From: Trichosphaerium sp. ATCC 40318
Taxonomy: Eukaryota > Protista > Tubulinea
Assembly: GCA_038496445.1 (NCBI GenBank)
Contig: JALMLS010000525.1
Span: 1-64,000, forward strand
Direction of reading: 5' to 3'
Length of the DNA: 64,000 nt
Shown piece by piece: positions 27,160-38,203 of this stretch. The translations under genes and the position numbers were made by a program. The number at the start of each line of letters is the position of its first letter. Position 1 is the stretch's first letter. The notes beneath the pieces are model-generated. The model was not told the origin of the DNA. It did not search any database and saw only the letters and a program-made list of their open reading frames with translations.

Positions 27160-29241
27160 ATTACCAAAAACGACGATTCGTTTCGATGCTAACGGTTTGC
27201 TAGCACTATTCTGGGTTGCTGGTGTACTTGGCGTCATTATTATATCACTGGGAGTTGCAGCAATCGCTTTCATCGTATTACGTAAAAGGCGTCAAGATAG
27301 ACGAAAAGCGCGTCAACTAGCGAACGAGGATTCGGTAGTGTATCAGAGCATTGGCATACCAAAAGCAAATAAATTCAGTGTTGATTTAAAACAAGACGCT
27401 GCAGCTACAGCACTCGCAGATGCATCTCATGCTCAAGGTTCACGCTGTTTAATATTGTACCATTACTTACAATTAGTATAGGTGTCTTGATACGTTATGC
27501 CGATCTTACACTAGGCGATGAGATTGGTACAGTATTACTTCTTTTTTTTTTTTGATAGCAATTTGTTTGACTGTTGTGTTTAGGTAAAGGATCTTTTGGT
27601 AGCGTCTTCTCTGGTAGATACCAAGGAAGAAAAGTAGCTGTTAAGATAAACCATAGTTTAACTGGTGATAAACTTCAGGAGTTTCTACAGGAGGTAGAAA
27701 CTATTTCTTTGCTTTACTTTTCTTGATTTTTTTCTTCGTGTTAAAAGTGACTTTAGGTTGAAATCATGCTGAACATACCTCAACATCATAATGTAGTACA
27801 GATTGTTGGTAAGTATATAAACGCATTAGCAGTATTTTTAAAAAATAATAGGATTTTGTCTTCATCAAGGATGTCCAATGTTAGCATTGGAATATTTAAG
27901 GAATGGGACTTTAAGAGAATTTTTTTTAAAGCGAGAAAATGATTTAACGCAGCAACAATTATACGATTTTATATTTGGTATAGTTGAAGGAATGGTATTT
28001 CTTCATCAACACGCTATTGTACACAGAGATCTATCTTGCCGAAATGTACGTCAGGTTTCTTAAACCAAATTGTCAAAAATCGAAGCTAACATTTTCAATC
28101 TAGATTTTGGTACGTATCATTGATGTATTTCTTTCACAAGAAGGTTCCTTATTTTAACTTGAATATGTTTAGCTTGATGACAACAATCAACCAAAAATTA
28201 GTGATTTTGGTATGTCCAGGTACGCATAACAATAATTTATAAAAATCAGTATGGAGCTTTTAAACAGCTTCAATGTCTTTCGTTTCTTAAAATGACTAGG
28301 AGTTATGACGTTGACCAAACTGATGGACAACAAACACTCACAACTATTGGTCCAGTACGGTGGATGGTATGGAAAAAATTAATAGACACTTGTATGTAGT
28401 AGTTAATTGATTGTAGGCACCTGAAAATTTTGAATTTATTTATGAACCTGGTTCTGATATTTGGTCTTTTGCTGTAGTTGTATGGGAACTAACCCATCGT
28501 GCTACACCTCACTCAGGTGAGGTATTAATAGATCTCTGTTATGAGATTAAAAGAACAGGGAAAACACCTGCCATTACCGCTCAAACACCAAGTTGGTGTG
28601 TCGATTTAATGACAAGCTGTTGGAAGTTTAATGTCAAGAACAGACCTACTTTTGTAGATCTTAGTGACCAAATGAAGATGATAAGAACAGCATTAATAGC
28701 AGCAGATATATATGACCCTACGCTATTAAAACCACAATCAAGTTTGAACTCTATCTTTCATTCACAAAAGATGAATAAACTTGATCATGAGGAATGTGAA
28801 CTTACAGATCCTTCATGTTTTGTTCGTCTTGATGATGATATGCATAGCTCTCATACACAACATACAAAAAGACAAACAAGGACTCCGGCATTATCACTTA
28901 CATCTAAAGGTAAAAACCGATTCAGATTTTTATTGTTAAAAATCACGTGATTAGCACGTTTCTCGACGCAAAAAAACACCAGAAAACGAAACTCGCGAAT
29001 TTTTTTTTCTCAGCAAATCAGCTTTTTATTCCAGGTTGTATGCACTGATTTTGCTTACTCGTTGTGTCTTAGATGAATTAGAGAGAATGGCAGCGAAAAA
29101 AGAGGAGAATCTTCAAGCTGGTGATTTTCCACCATTAAAGACTGCAGGTGGTCATAGACTACGTCCTGAGACTAAAGAACCAGTACCAGATCTACCAGAT
29201 TCACATTACAGAGATATACCAAAGGGTCTGATAGAGAATTA
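27160..29241 (+). CDS. Single-pass transmembrane tyrosine kinase (TK/TKL) with a very short ectodomain; true start exon not resolved
   Basis: TM LLALFWVAGVLGVIIISLGVAAIAFIVL followed by RKRR. Kinase motifs GKGSFG, VAVK, HRDLSCRN-IL, KISDFGMSR, GPVRWMAPE, SDIWSF, CWKFNVKNRPTF. Confidence 0.88.
28104..28109 (+). other. 6-nt micro-exon (ATTTTG = Ile-Leu) in the kinase catalytic loop
   Basis: Sequence CTAAC...TCTAG|ATTTTG|GTACGT; it is needed to give HRDLSCRN-IL-LDDNNQPKISDFG. Confidence 0.8.
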
Positions 29242-30778
29242 GACCTCGTTGACAATGTGTCTTAAAAGTTCGGTCTCTGCCTACAAATGTAGAGCAAACC
29301 AATATTTATCCCAAACTATTATCACGGAGGCCTTGGTCTTGTAGTAAACTATTTAAAATCAACCTGTTGTGGTTACATGGAACTTGCACGTTGTCCAAAA
29401 TGTAGTCGCCAATTTTCTGGCTTTTAGCAATTGTTAACCTGAAATAACCAATCAAGCCAAGCAAATGGAAACAAGGGAAGAAAATATGTATAGATAGCCT
29501 CCCTAGCTCAACAAATACATGCTCAATTTACGCTGTTTAACATCGTTTTTGTTGAATTAAAGCTCTTTCAAGTACCTTTAGCGCAAAAACAGCAACAATT
29601 CAAAAAGTCTTCTGCAAACAAATAGGCAACCATTACCCAGACAGTTGAAGCCATGAAAAAAGTAGGTTTGGTTGGTAGTTAGCTAGCAAGATGAGCACGC
29701 TGCTCGTGAATGCGTACAAATACACCCTGTTCCCAATTGAAGCGTGGTGTACAGTATCGTCCTTGCAAGCCAAATAAGTGTATAAGGAAGTCTAGCTTAC
29801 AGCTACGCCAAAAGGCGGTCAAGACCACTTGCCTACAGGGAGGAATCACATACTCCTTACTTGAGCTTTTGTTTATTTAAAGATGAGATTCTAAATAATC
29901 AGTTGAGGCTTGTGCTATTGCCAAGAGGGACGTGTGAGTGTAGAAATATAGACGAATTACTACAAAGAATGCTACAAGACAACATGTGTTGTTTTGGCAA
30001 TCAAATAAGATGATGAAGCTCTTTAACACTTGGCGCAAATTAATGCTCTGTTACGAATGGATAATCGCTTCAGCCTTACACCACGTGATTTCTGTAGCCT
30101 TCATAAACTTTACAACCACTATGGTACCATCTATGGTCTAATCTAGGGTCTAGTTCTAGAACTAAAAGTACGGTTTCTGTTTACGTGAACACGTACAGGC
30201 AAACATAAATTGTACAATTGTGAACGCGCAAAAATATGCATACGCATTGACAGGGATCTTGATACAAAATACTTAAAAAAAACTGTAAAACTTCGTGAAA
30301 ATCCGCGAAAAAGGATCAAAGAAGAGCGTCCATAAATCTCGTGTTTATCTTGTAACCATCATCAAGCTAACACTGCTTTCTTCAGTAAGTCCAACTTCAC
30401 TACAGCCTGAAGATTCCTTTCATAAACTGATAAGGGAAGTACAAACAAGTGCGTAGACTTCTGACTGTTTCCAACTTACAGCGTTCAACATTGTTTGGCG
30501 AAAATTCTTTCCGTAACTGTGCTTTTCTGAAATTACCAATACTGTTCTGATGCACCCAAAAATACGCTATCCTTTCTTGCATAAGCGTGAAATTATGCGT
30601 CAGCACATTGACTGCGTTACCCTAATTGTTTTTTTGCAGTTCCTTTCTTGACTCAGAGCTATATTCGTATTCTTGTCAACGGGTAATACCGTGGGTGTTG
30701 AAAAGCATACACGGAGAAAAAGGGCTTACTTTTCTGTACTTTGGGCTTAATACTACAAAACCCGTTAATAGTGGCAAC

Positions 30779-33407
30779 ATGTCACGCGCAGCCACCGCGT
30801 TAAGGTATTGCATTGATTTATAGTGTAATGGTCGCTTACCACGGATAGCGCCTTTATTTTATTGAGTTGTATCAACGTATATAACGCCCAACAACCTCCG
30901 GCTGCTATCATACCTGGAACATGCATTACTTATCAACATAACTTTACGGGCTCACCTAGTATTTGTGATACCTTTATTCCAGACGGTACAAGTATATTTG
31001 TAGCCAATGACACATCCGTTGCCGCGTTATACAGGCACATAATTTAAATTCTCTAATACACGACTAACACGCGTTTAAGTGATGTTGCGCCTATTGAACA
31101 GATCATTTCATTCGTATCAGAAGCCTGCCGAGCCTCTGGACCTCAATTTGTTTGCGAAGCAGCTTTTAGGCCTTGCTTAGATAACGGACGTACGTTTGAT
31201 TACCTTTTACACGACCTCAACAGTGAATTACGACACAAGTTATTACGATTGGGCCGAATTTCTATTATATTCGTTTAAAAGGAGAAAAAAACGCATTAAT
31301 ACGCCTAAAAAAACTCACCCACACGCGTATTTTCAGTGCCAGAGTGTTTTATAAATTGTTATTTGCCCAAAAAGGAAATTCCTTCTCTTTTTTCTATATC
31401 CATATTTCATCACTAAACAATCATGATTAGAACCACGTATTCCTTGTAAAGATCTTTGTGAAGACACAGTACGGGAATGCGGGGCAATTCTTGCCCTTGC
31501 AAATCGTGTATTGGACTGTAACGATCAAGAAACAGCAATCGAAAATTGTATTAATATTACAGGTAACTACTTTTTTCCATCTTGACATTCGCCCTTTGTG
31601 CTGTACTCATGAGGTTTACCATCAACAAAACCCTTGCTGGGCTTGTCATCAGAACATTTAGAACATTTTTCTAATGATGACAGTCATCAGACAAAGTTGT
31701 ATTTGTTTGACAATTTAGGTTTTTTTCTGACTTTCTCGATTGTAGGAACAAGCAATACTAGTATAAACTCTTTCACTAAAACATGTGCTGAAATGGGCCT
31801 CCTTGATGATGCTGATACAACTGCTGATATTAAATGCGGGTTATGTCCATTTCCGGTATTCAGTGGTGAGTTTCTTGTTTGGCTTTTTTTATTTTCTTTG
31901 CGAGATGACTTCAAGTGCTTATAAATGTTAGATAATGTGTACACGTCAATATACGCATACATGGTTACGTTGTGTATCTTATCGCTCATATTGCAAGTAC
32001 CTTCATTTGCGGCATTTGTATCAACAAAGACGTACGCTAGAGGTTGCTGATTTTGTTTTAACCTTTTCATTGTAGATATCTAACTTTCACTGCTCATTTC
32101 TTTATTATTTATTCCATTGATACAATTGTACCAGCTTGCTTGGGTGTGCTTATTGGGTTATCGGTAGAAGATTGGGTATGCTCCAATCCTACAACTTTTG
32201 CAACCCAGAGCTATGTACCATGTGCTGTTGCAGGTAATCTTATCAAAATTTTTTCTCGATTTTTTCCGTTTTTTCTAATGCTCAGTAGGCACACTTCTTG
32301 TTTTTGTATCTAATCAATTCCACCTTGCTACAATGTGCCATACTTTTACTGTATATTATAATTTTAAACTTGGCCCTAAATTACTCAATCGTGGAGGCTT
32401 ACCAAACTGGTACAAATATGTACGTGCACAAAGAGACGAGCTTTTTTCTTTTCAAAGACAAGAACTCACTGTGATGTACAGACAACTTATGCTATCATCT
32501 GGGGATTACCTACTATACTTTCTTTGATAGCAGGTACAACAAACTCTATTGGTGGTGGTCCTTACGCTTGTTTTTGTACGTCTGTTTTTAAGCGAAATTA
32601 TTTAAATGATGTTTGTTCTCACTTCTCGGTTTTTTTTTAGTGTTGGGCAATTGGCAAGACTGGGTTTTGTTATTTGGGTTTCCTATGGTTCCTTCAATAT
32701 TAATATCACTATTTTGCCTTGCATACATTATATATAACCTCTTTACGGTACGTTGAAAGAGAAACATGCAATATCTAAGACAATTCTTAAGGGCGTGTCT
32801 GGTTCCGCACAAAAACGAGTCACCACAGCTATGTTAACGACTCTATTCACCCTTGTTATATTATTTATTGTTGTGTTGTCTTCTAAGATCTATGTTGATT
32901 CTACTCTTGGTGATATAGAAGCCGTAAGAATTTCAACTTCGAACCTTTTTTGGATCTTTTTATTTTCATGGTAGAATTCTTTTGTTAATCCTTTGTATGT
33001 AGATCGTTGTACGATATATCAACTGTGTTGGTACTATTAGCAATACCATTGACGATTGTACTTCTATTCAAGATGAATCTAACGTGTACCTTGGAGTCAT
33101 ATTTATTACAGTATTGGTTTCCTATGTACGTTTTTACAAAGAACATTACAAAGAAAAGTGATGTCACAAAACAATTCTATATTGATGTTGTGTTTCAATA
33201 GGCTGCTGGTGTAATTATTTTTTTCTCATGGCTACCTCATACGTACGTACTGAAATGATGTAAGATGAAAGCTTAACAGGATGTGTTTCTAGAAAATTCC
33301 GAGCTGCTCTTTCTAATTTGCCTTATATATTCTCTCGTAAGAATAGTACTAGCGCGAGATCTACCAAGGGAAGCACTGGGGTATCTCACGGTAGTATCAA
33401 TGAATAA
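30779..33407 (+). CDS. Frizzled/Smoothened-like GPCR (signal peptide, Fz cysteine-rich domain, 7TM), copy 1
   Basis: Signal MSRAATALSAFILLSC. CRD ...EACRASGPQFVCEAAFRPC...PCKDLCEDTVRECG. Linker CGLCPFP. TM region with WVCSNPTTFATQSYVPCAVAG typical of Dictyostelium Fsl/Fsc-type receptors. Ser/Thr-rich tail to the stop at 33407. Confidence 0.8.
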
Positions 33408-34133
33408 AAATACTATAACACGCTGTAAAGAATATGAAAAAAAAAAATCCAAACAAAAAAACTTCAGAAATAATAATCTCAACAAGCTGTGATTTAGCTT
33501 GGGTACCCTTTTTATACCCCTTGTTATCCAAATTTATTCATTTTTATTAAAACGCTTGTTTTAGAAAAAAAAAATGAAAACAATATTTCTGGACACTTTT
33601 TTTGCTCACGATGTTGTACAGTGATATCACTGCGCGGAGTTTCAAGAAATGTTACAGCTTAAGTACTCGTCCCTTACCCGACAAAAAAAAACTGGTGTTT
33701 ACATTCGCAAACGTCGCCATAATTACGTCATGTTTTGTGACGTAGCGTCTATTCCAGAAACTGAATTTCGTTTGTTGCCGAAATTGTCGGCCACCTCCCA
33801 AACAAAAACTTGTTTACTAATTACGTTCGAATTTAATTGTAGACAAGTTTACACCTGGTTTTAATAACGCCATATTTAATTCTTTTGGTTGTACCTACAG
33901 ACGCGATTACCGAAAATGGCAGAAAATACAAAATTTTCATATACGCTTGATGACGATTGTGTTCGAAGGTGAAGCTCGTTTTGTCTCGTGTATGGCGTTT
34001 GGTTCACGTTATACGTATACCAGCGGCATACATTTTGGAGAGAAACGACTTCACACACAATAGATGAGTACACACCGTTTTGTTTTTAAGTGTACCCAAC
34101 AATATATGTCAAATTATACACGTGATGCAGTAA

Positions 34134-34889
34134 ATGAAAGGTGTACGGTCTAAAAAACGAAGAAAAAGCAGATCAGCCAGAAACTATGAAAGAGCAAAAT
34201 TAGATCTACGAGACTGTATGGGACGATTAACAACGCTGTACAAAACCTGTTTGGTACAGAAAGAGCAAAAAAAAACCGCACCAGGAGAATTACCATGTAG
34301 CTATACAACAGCTGAATTGAGATCTTTGGAGGGTATTCTACAAAATGCGCAAGGAACAAAATATGAGTTAACCTCACAATCAATCGAACATTGGGGATAT
34401 GAGGAACCCGAACAACCTTCAGTTGAGACTTCACGGTTGTATCCCGGTGCCACGGCAATGCTTAGAGCATCGGACTACAAAGGACATGAAATAATCACAA
34501 ACGTATCTATTAATGCCGTCTATAATGGTACTGAAGAGCCCCTACCATCTCCCTTGCACTTAATGAAATGGAGAGCTCCGTGTACATGGCCAATGGCGCC
34601 CATGTACATAAACGCTTCTAGCGTTCTTGAAAACGCTCCCTGTAGTAATGCGTTGCCCACACCTTGGTCTAATGCGGGTACTGATCCTTGTGAGGACGAC
34701 ATCAGTATGTTCTTTGACCCAGATTTTATGGACGTCGACTTTTCGTCTTCAGAACAGGGAAGTCCACGTGATATTGGTAGTCACTTGGAATACAGTGATT
34801 ATGATTCAGACTACACAGATATAAACTTTTTGTCTGGCGAAAATATTAACGATGAGATTCACACAAACTGTGTTATAGCTACTGGATAA
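34134..34889 (+). CDS. Intronless 251-aa orphan with a basic N-terminus and acidic C-terminus; possible nuclear regulator
   Basis: Long open frame in AT-rich DNA. NLS-like KKRRKSR; acidic/aromatic tail DDISMFFDPDFMDVDF...YSDYDSDY. Confidence 0.6.
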   Translation: MKGVRSKKRRKSRSARNYERAKLDLRDCMGRLTTLYKTCLVQKEQKKTAPGELPCSYTTAELRSLEGILQNAQGTKYELTSQSIEHWGYEEPEQPSVETSRLYPGATAMLRASDYKGHEIITNVSINAVYNGTEEPLPSPLHLMKWRAPCTWPMAPMYINASSVLENAPCSNALPTPWSNAGTDPCEDDISMFFDPDFMDVDFSSSEQGSPRDIGSHLEYSDYDSDYTDINFLSGENINDEIHTNCVIATG

Positions 34890-35942
34890 CTTAGGAAGTA
34901 ACAAGTAATTTATTAAAGCGATAAAAAGTGATTAAAACATATTTATTTTGTGTACTATGGCTTTGTTGGATTGTAGTGCAAAAAAAACTGTCACGTGACA
35001 ACAGCGTAGGTGTTATAAATCAAAAGTCCTCAAAACGTCCACGCACCAAACAAGGGTGTATTTTCATGAATGAGTATTCATGAATGTGCCACACAATGAA
35101 AGTTGCTTGTATTCTTCCTAAGAACATTAGTTTGAGTATTGTGTAGGTAGATGTGGTGAGAATCCATCACGTTTTCTTTTCTTTAAAAACAGTTTCTGGT
35201 CTGTAAGATCTGGACCTTTGGCGTATGTTTCGCTGATATTGATCGAAAACAAGGTCAACTGTTCCCCCGCGTAAATTGTTTTTCCGGGAACACCTGAAAG
35301 TTATGTGTAGCCCTTGTTTTTTTTTTTTTTGAAGAGGTGTGCGTGCATGTTGGCTTAAAAACGTTTACCCTTTCTACAGCAAAGTATATTTGTGCAAGTC
35401 ATTGACATGGCAAGGGAAGAGATTTTCTACTGAATCTGAAGCAAATCCACTCGAGTGGATTTTGATACCACATGTGTCAGCAAGCAGTATTTTGAGTGTA
35501 TTATGTATGATCGCTGTTTTTAAGCAAAGCCTATCCGATGTACGCCGCGAATGGAACGGATGGGCGAGTGTTTGATGGTGACTAACCAGGGTCCCAGCCT
35601 GGACGGGTCACTGGAAAAATTCACGAGCATCCATCCTCGACTATCCACAGAACGAATGAAACAACATCTCAGCACCAAAACTACACCATTCTATTATTGT
35701 TTGTTTAAAAAATACATTTAAGATTAACTACTTTCCAATGTTACAGTATCTAGCTTAAACGTTTACACTATTGTCAAGGAGCAGTAGCAACTGTTGTACT
35801 CACAAGAATCAGTGTTTGTTTTCTTGTTGCTGTAGCCATAAATACCAAACTGAGACAAGAAACAGTCCAAGGCAGTCAATGAAGTTTATTAACCTCAAGT
35901 CAATTGACATTATTTTTTCTTCGTGACTATACGCAACCTCTA

Positions 35943-37067
35943 ATGTCAAAACATCACGGAACAGAGATAAGACAAACCAATTTATGCGCACAGCTTCCAC
36001 CAGAGACATTAACGCTTATTTTACGCTATTTAAGTAGAAGACAGCTTATTGCAGCTTGTGCAGTGTCTCACTTGTTTAAAGACATTATTCGCAGTAACAT
36101 TGGCTTTGTTGAGATCAAATTGAAATGCCCAACAGATTGTCACGTGTTAAAAGATAGTCCTTTACTTCGAAATACTAAAATTACTTGTTATCAGCTCAAA
36201 TTATCAGCACGTGACTTGGCGTGTCTTTCTGGTGTTCGCACAATACGTTTGCACTCTTCAACCTTAACAGATGAAGGTATCCTTGCTTTAGTACGAAACG
36301 GACAACACAGTATTCATACAATCGACTTGGCATGTACAGCCATAACCGATGTTTCATTAAAGGCATTGAGCACTGTACACACGATTAACGTTACCTATTG
36401 CTTTGGTATCAGCGATGAAGGAATCAAAGCACTCAAAGATGTTCACAAAATTTCTCTTTTTGATCCACTTGACTCTTGGATAAAACACCTTGGCAACGTC
36501 CATTCACTTAGGATTGTCAAAGGAGACTCTATTACAGCTGAAGGACTCAAATCATTGACAAATGTCCAACACTTAGAGCTTAGTTGTTGCAAGATATCAG
36601 ACAAGAGTTTGAAACACTTGGTCAGCCTTGTTCGTATTGATATTTTATCATGTAGGCGTATCAATGGATCGGTATTAAAGTACTTACCAAACCTAAGGTA
36701 CCTCAAATTACAAGGCTTTTCGACAAGAATAACAGATGATGCATTGAAGTATCTGACTAATCTGGAAACACTTATTTTGGTCCGTCAGAAATTCACAAAT
36801 GAAGGGATCAAGAATTTGGTTAATCTTAAGCAACTGTTTCTTTGGCATTGCAGCAGTATCACAGACTTGGGATTAAAGAATTTGGTCAATCTAGAACATC
36901 TCATTCTTTGGTATTGCAAGAATATTACAAATGATTGCTTGAAACAATTGACATCTCTTAAATACATTAATGTCGCAGGATGTAGACTTACAAAGGATCG
37001 TATTAGATCATTGGGTATAAGTATTGTGAACAATGACCTTAGTTCTCCTTTCAACAAAAAGAGGTAA
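35943..37067 (+). CDS. Intronless F-box / leucine-rich-repeat protein (copy 2, paralogue of 13972-15036)
   Basis: First ATG at 35943. F-box LPPETLTLILRYLSRRQLIAACAVSHLFKDII; Cys-containing LRRs LxxLxLWxCxxITD. Co-linear similarity with copy 1 (NIGFV, SPLL, DLACL, HTIxL, ITDVSLKAL). Confidence 0.88.
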   Translation: MSKHHGTEIRQTNLCAQLPPETLTLILRYLSRRQLIAACAVSHLFKDIIRSNIGFVEIKLKCPTDCHVLKDSPLLRNTKITCYQLKLSARDLACLSGVRTIRLHSSTLTDEGILALVRNGQHSIHTIDLACTAITDVSLKALSTVHTINVTYCFGISDEGIKALKDVHKISLFDPLDSWIKHLGNVHSLRIVKGDSITAEGLKSLTNVQHLELSCCKISDKSLKHLVSLVRIDILSCRRINGSVLKYLPNLRYLKLQGFSTRITDDALKYLTNLETLILVRQKFTNEGIKNLVNLKQLFLWHCSSITDLGLKNLVNLEHLILWYCKNITNDCLKQLTSLKYINVAGCRLTKDRIRSLGISIVNNDLSSPFNKKR

Positions 37068-37297
37068 TACCACAGTTTCGTTATTCATGGCAGCAAGTCA
37101 CTTGAACTATCTTGTACTTGTAACAAAAGTTCTATCGGCCAGAACTTCGAAACTATTTTCGCTAGTAAATTTTGAAATAATGTAGTTTACGCCCTGTTTG
37201 GAAAGGGTTGCAGCTGTTTATTGGGAGACGTTGTGTACCATAGAAACTCGTAGAATATGCGTCATGTTAATTTTGTAGCGTATATTAATTAAAAGCT

Positions 37298-37890
37298 CAA
37301 AAGGAGCAAGTCACGTGATATTTTGGCGTTAAGTATCGTTTTCCGATTGTATTAGTGTTTCACTAGCGCAAACAACTTCGCGCCTATTATTACTCTTTTT
37401 GGCACGTGCGACAGTTCTTCCAAGATTAATAGGCCGACAACAATATCTGCACATTACTGATGCTGTAGGCGATGTAGCTATACACCAATACGCTATAGAA
37501 GCTGAGGTAGATGTTGAATTCAGATGTACGCTTAGTGTATCACTAAAAGAGACTTCTAATTACGCCGTGATGGTATGTTCCACTTACCGCTTGTTAAACC
37601 CAAAAAAAGGCAGCCGCTGTTTTATCTCACTGTGCTTAGATTGTCTCTCAATCTGCGTTTACCGATAATGCGATCATAGTTGTACCCGCAAATGTTCCTA
37701 CAATAGTTTTCGAAGAGGGCGCTTTTAGTAAGTTCCATATGGGAATAGTCACATATTAACCTGTGCTACCACCAGCATCATTGTACACAATGCACATAAA
37801 ATTCACAATCAACCAAACTGTGCTGGTTAGGTGATCGGGAAATAAAAATAGGACCAAACGTGGATTTTATAAACATCCAAACTCAACATG
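37298..37890 (-). CDS. Possible small spliced gene or gene fragment, unknown product
   Basis: Minus-strand donors (GTTAAT, GTAAAC, GTAAGT), CTAA branch points and AG acceptors allow the join WLIVNFMCIVYNDAGGSTGTFAGTTMIALS-RLPFFGFNKR-VHLNSTS... No recognisable family, and the first exon phase is unresolved. Confidence 0.25.
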
Positions 37891-38203
37891 ATTTGATATT
37901 TGCTTCGAAAGCAAAAAAAGTGCAAAGTTACAATCGAATGTTGGTAATAGATTTAAAAATACATCCTTTTTGAATATTAGTTATTACAATATAATTATCT
38001 TATATTTTTTTCTCAAGATTTCCGAATATCCTTTCCAGGTAATGCTGCAGGAGACCGCCTACGAACATCAAAAAAAAAATCCAAAAAAAAAAAAAAAAAA
38101 AAAACCGGACGCACTTCGCGATTGTGAAAGTTTCATCCTTGCGTGTGAATCTTGATTTTGGTGCTATAATATCATTAACCATATATTTAAGTATTAAATT
38201 ACA

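Noticed and set aside
29250-30770. 1.5-kb gene-free spacer checked for transposon or gene remnants
   Set aside because: Only short ORFs, with no recognisable motifs, terminal repeats or consistent splice structure.
35063-35084. Perfect inverted repeat TTCATGAAT-GAGT-ATTCATGAA
   Set aside because: Short and AT-rich, a local duplication of a palindromic word; no second copy or flanking element structure seen.
35590-35600. GGTCCCAGCCT is identical to a stretch of the HDV genomic ribozyme
   Set aside because: The following CCTCG P3/L3 segment and the nested pseudoknot pairings are absent; likely coincidence.
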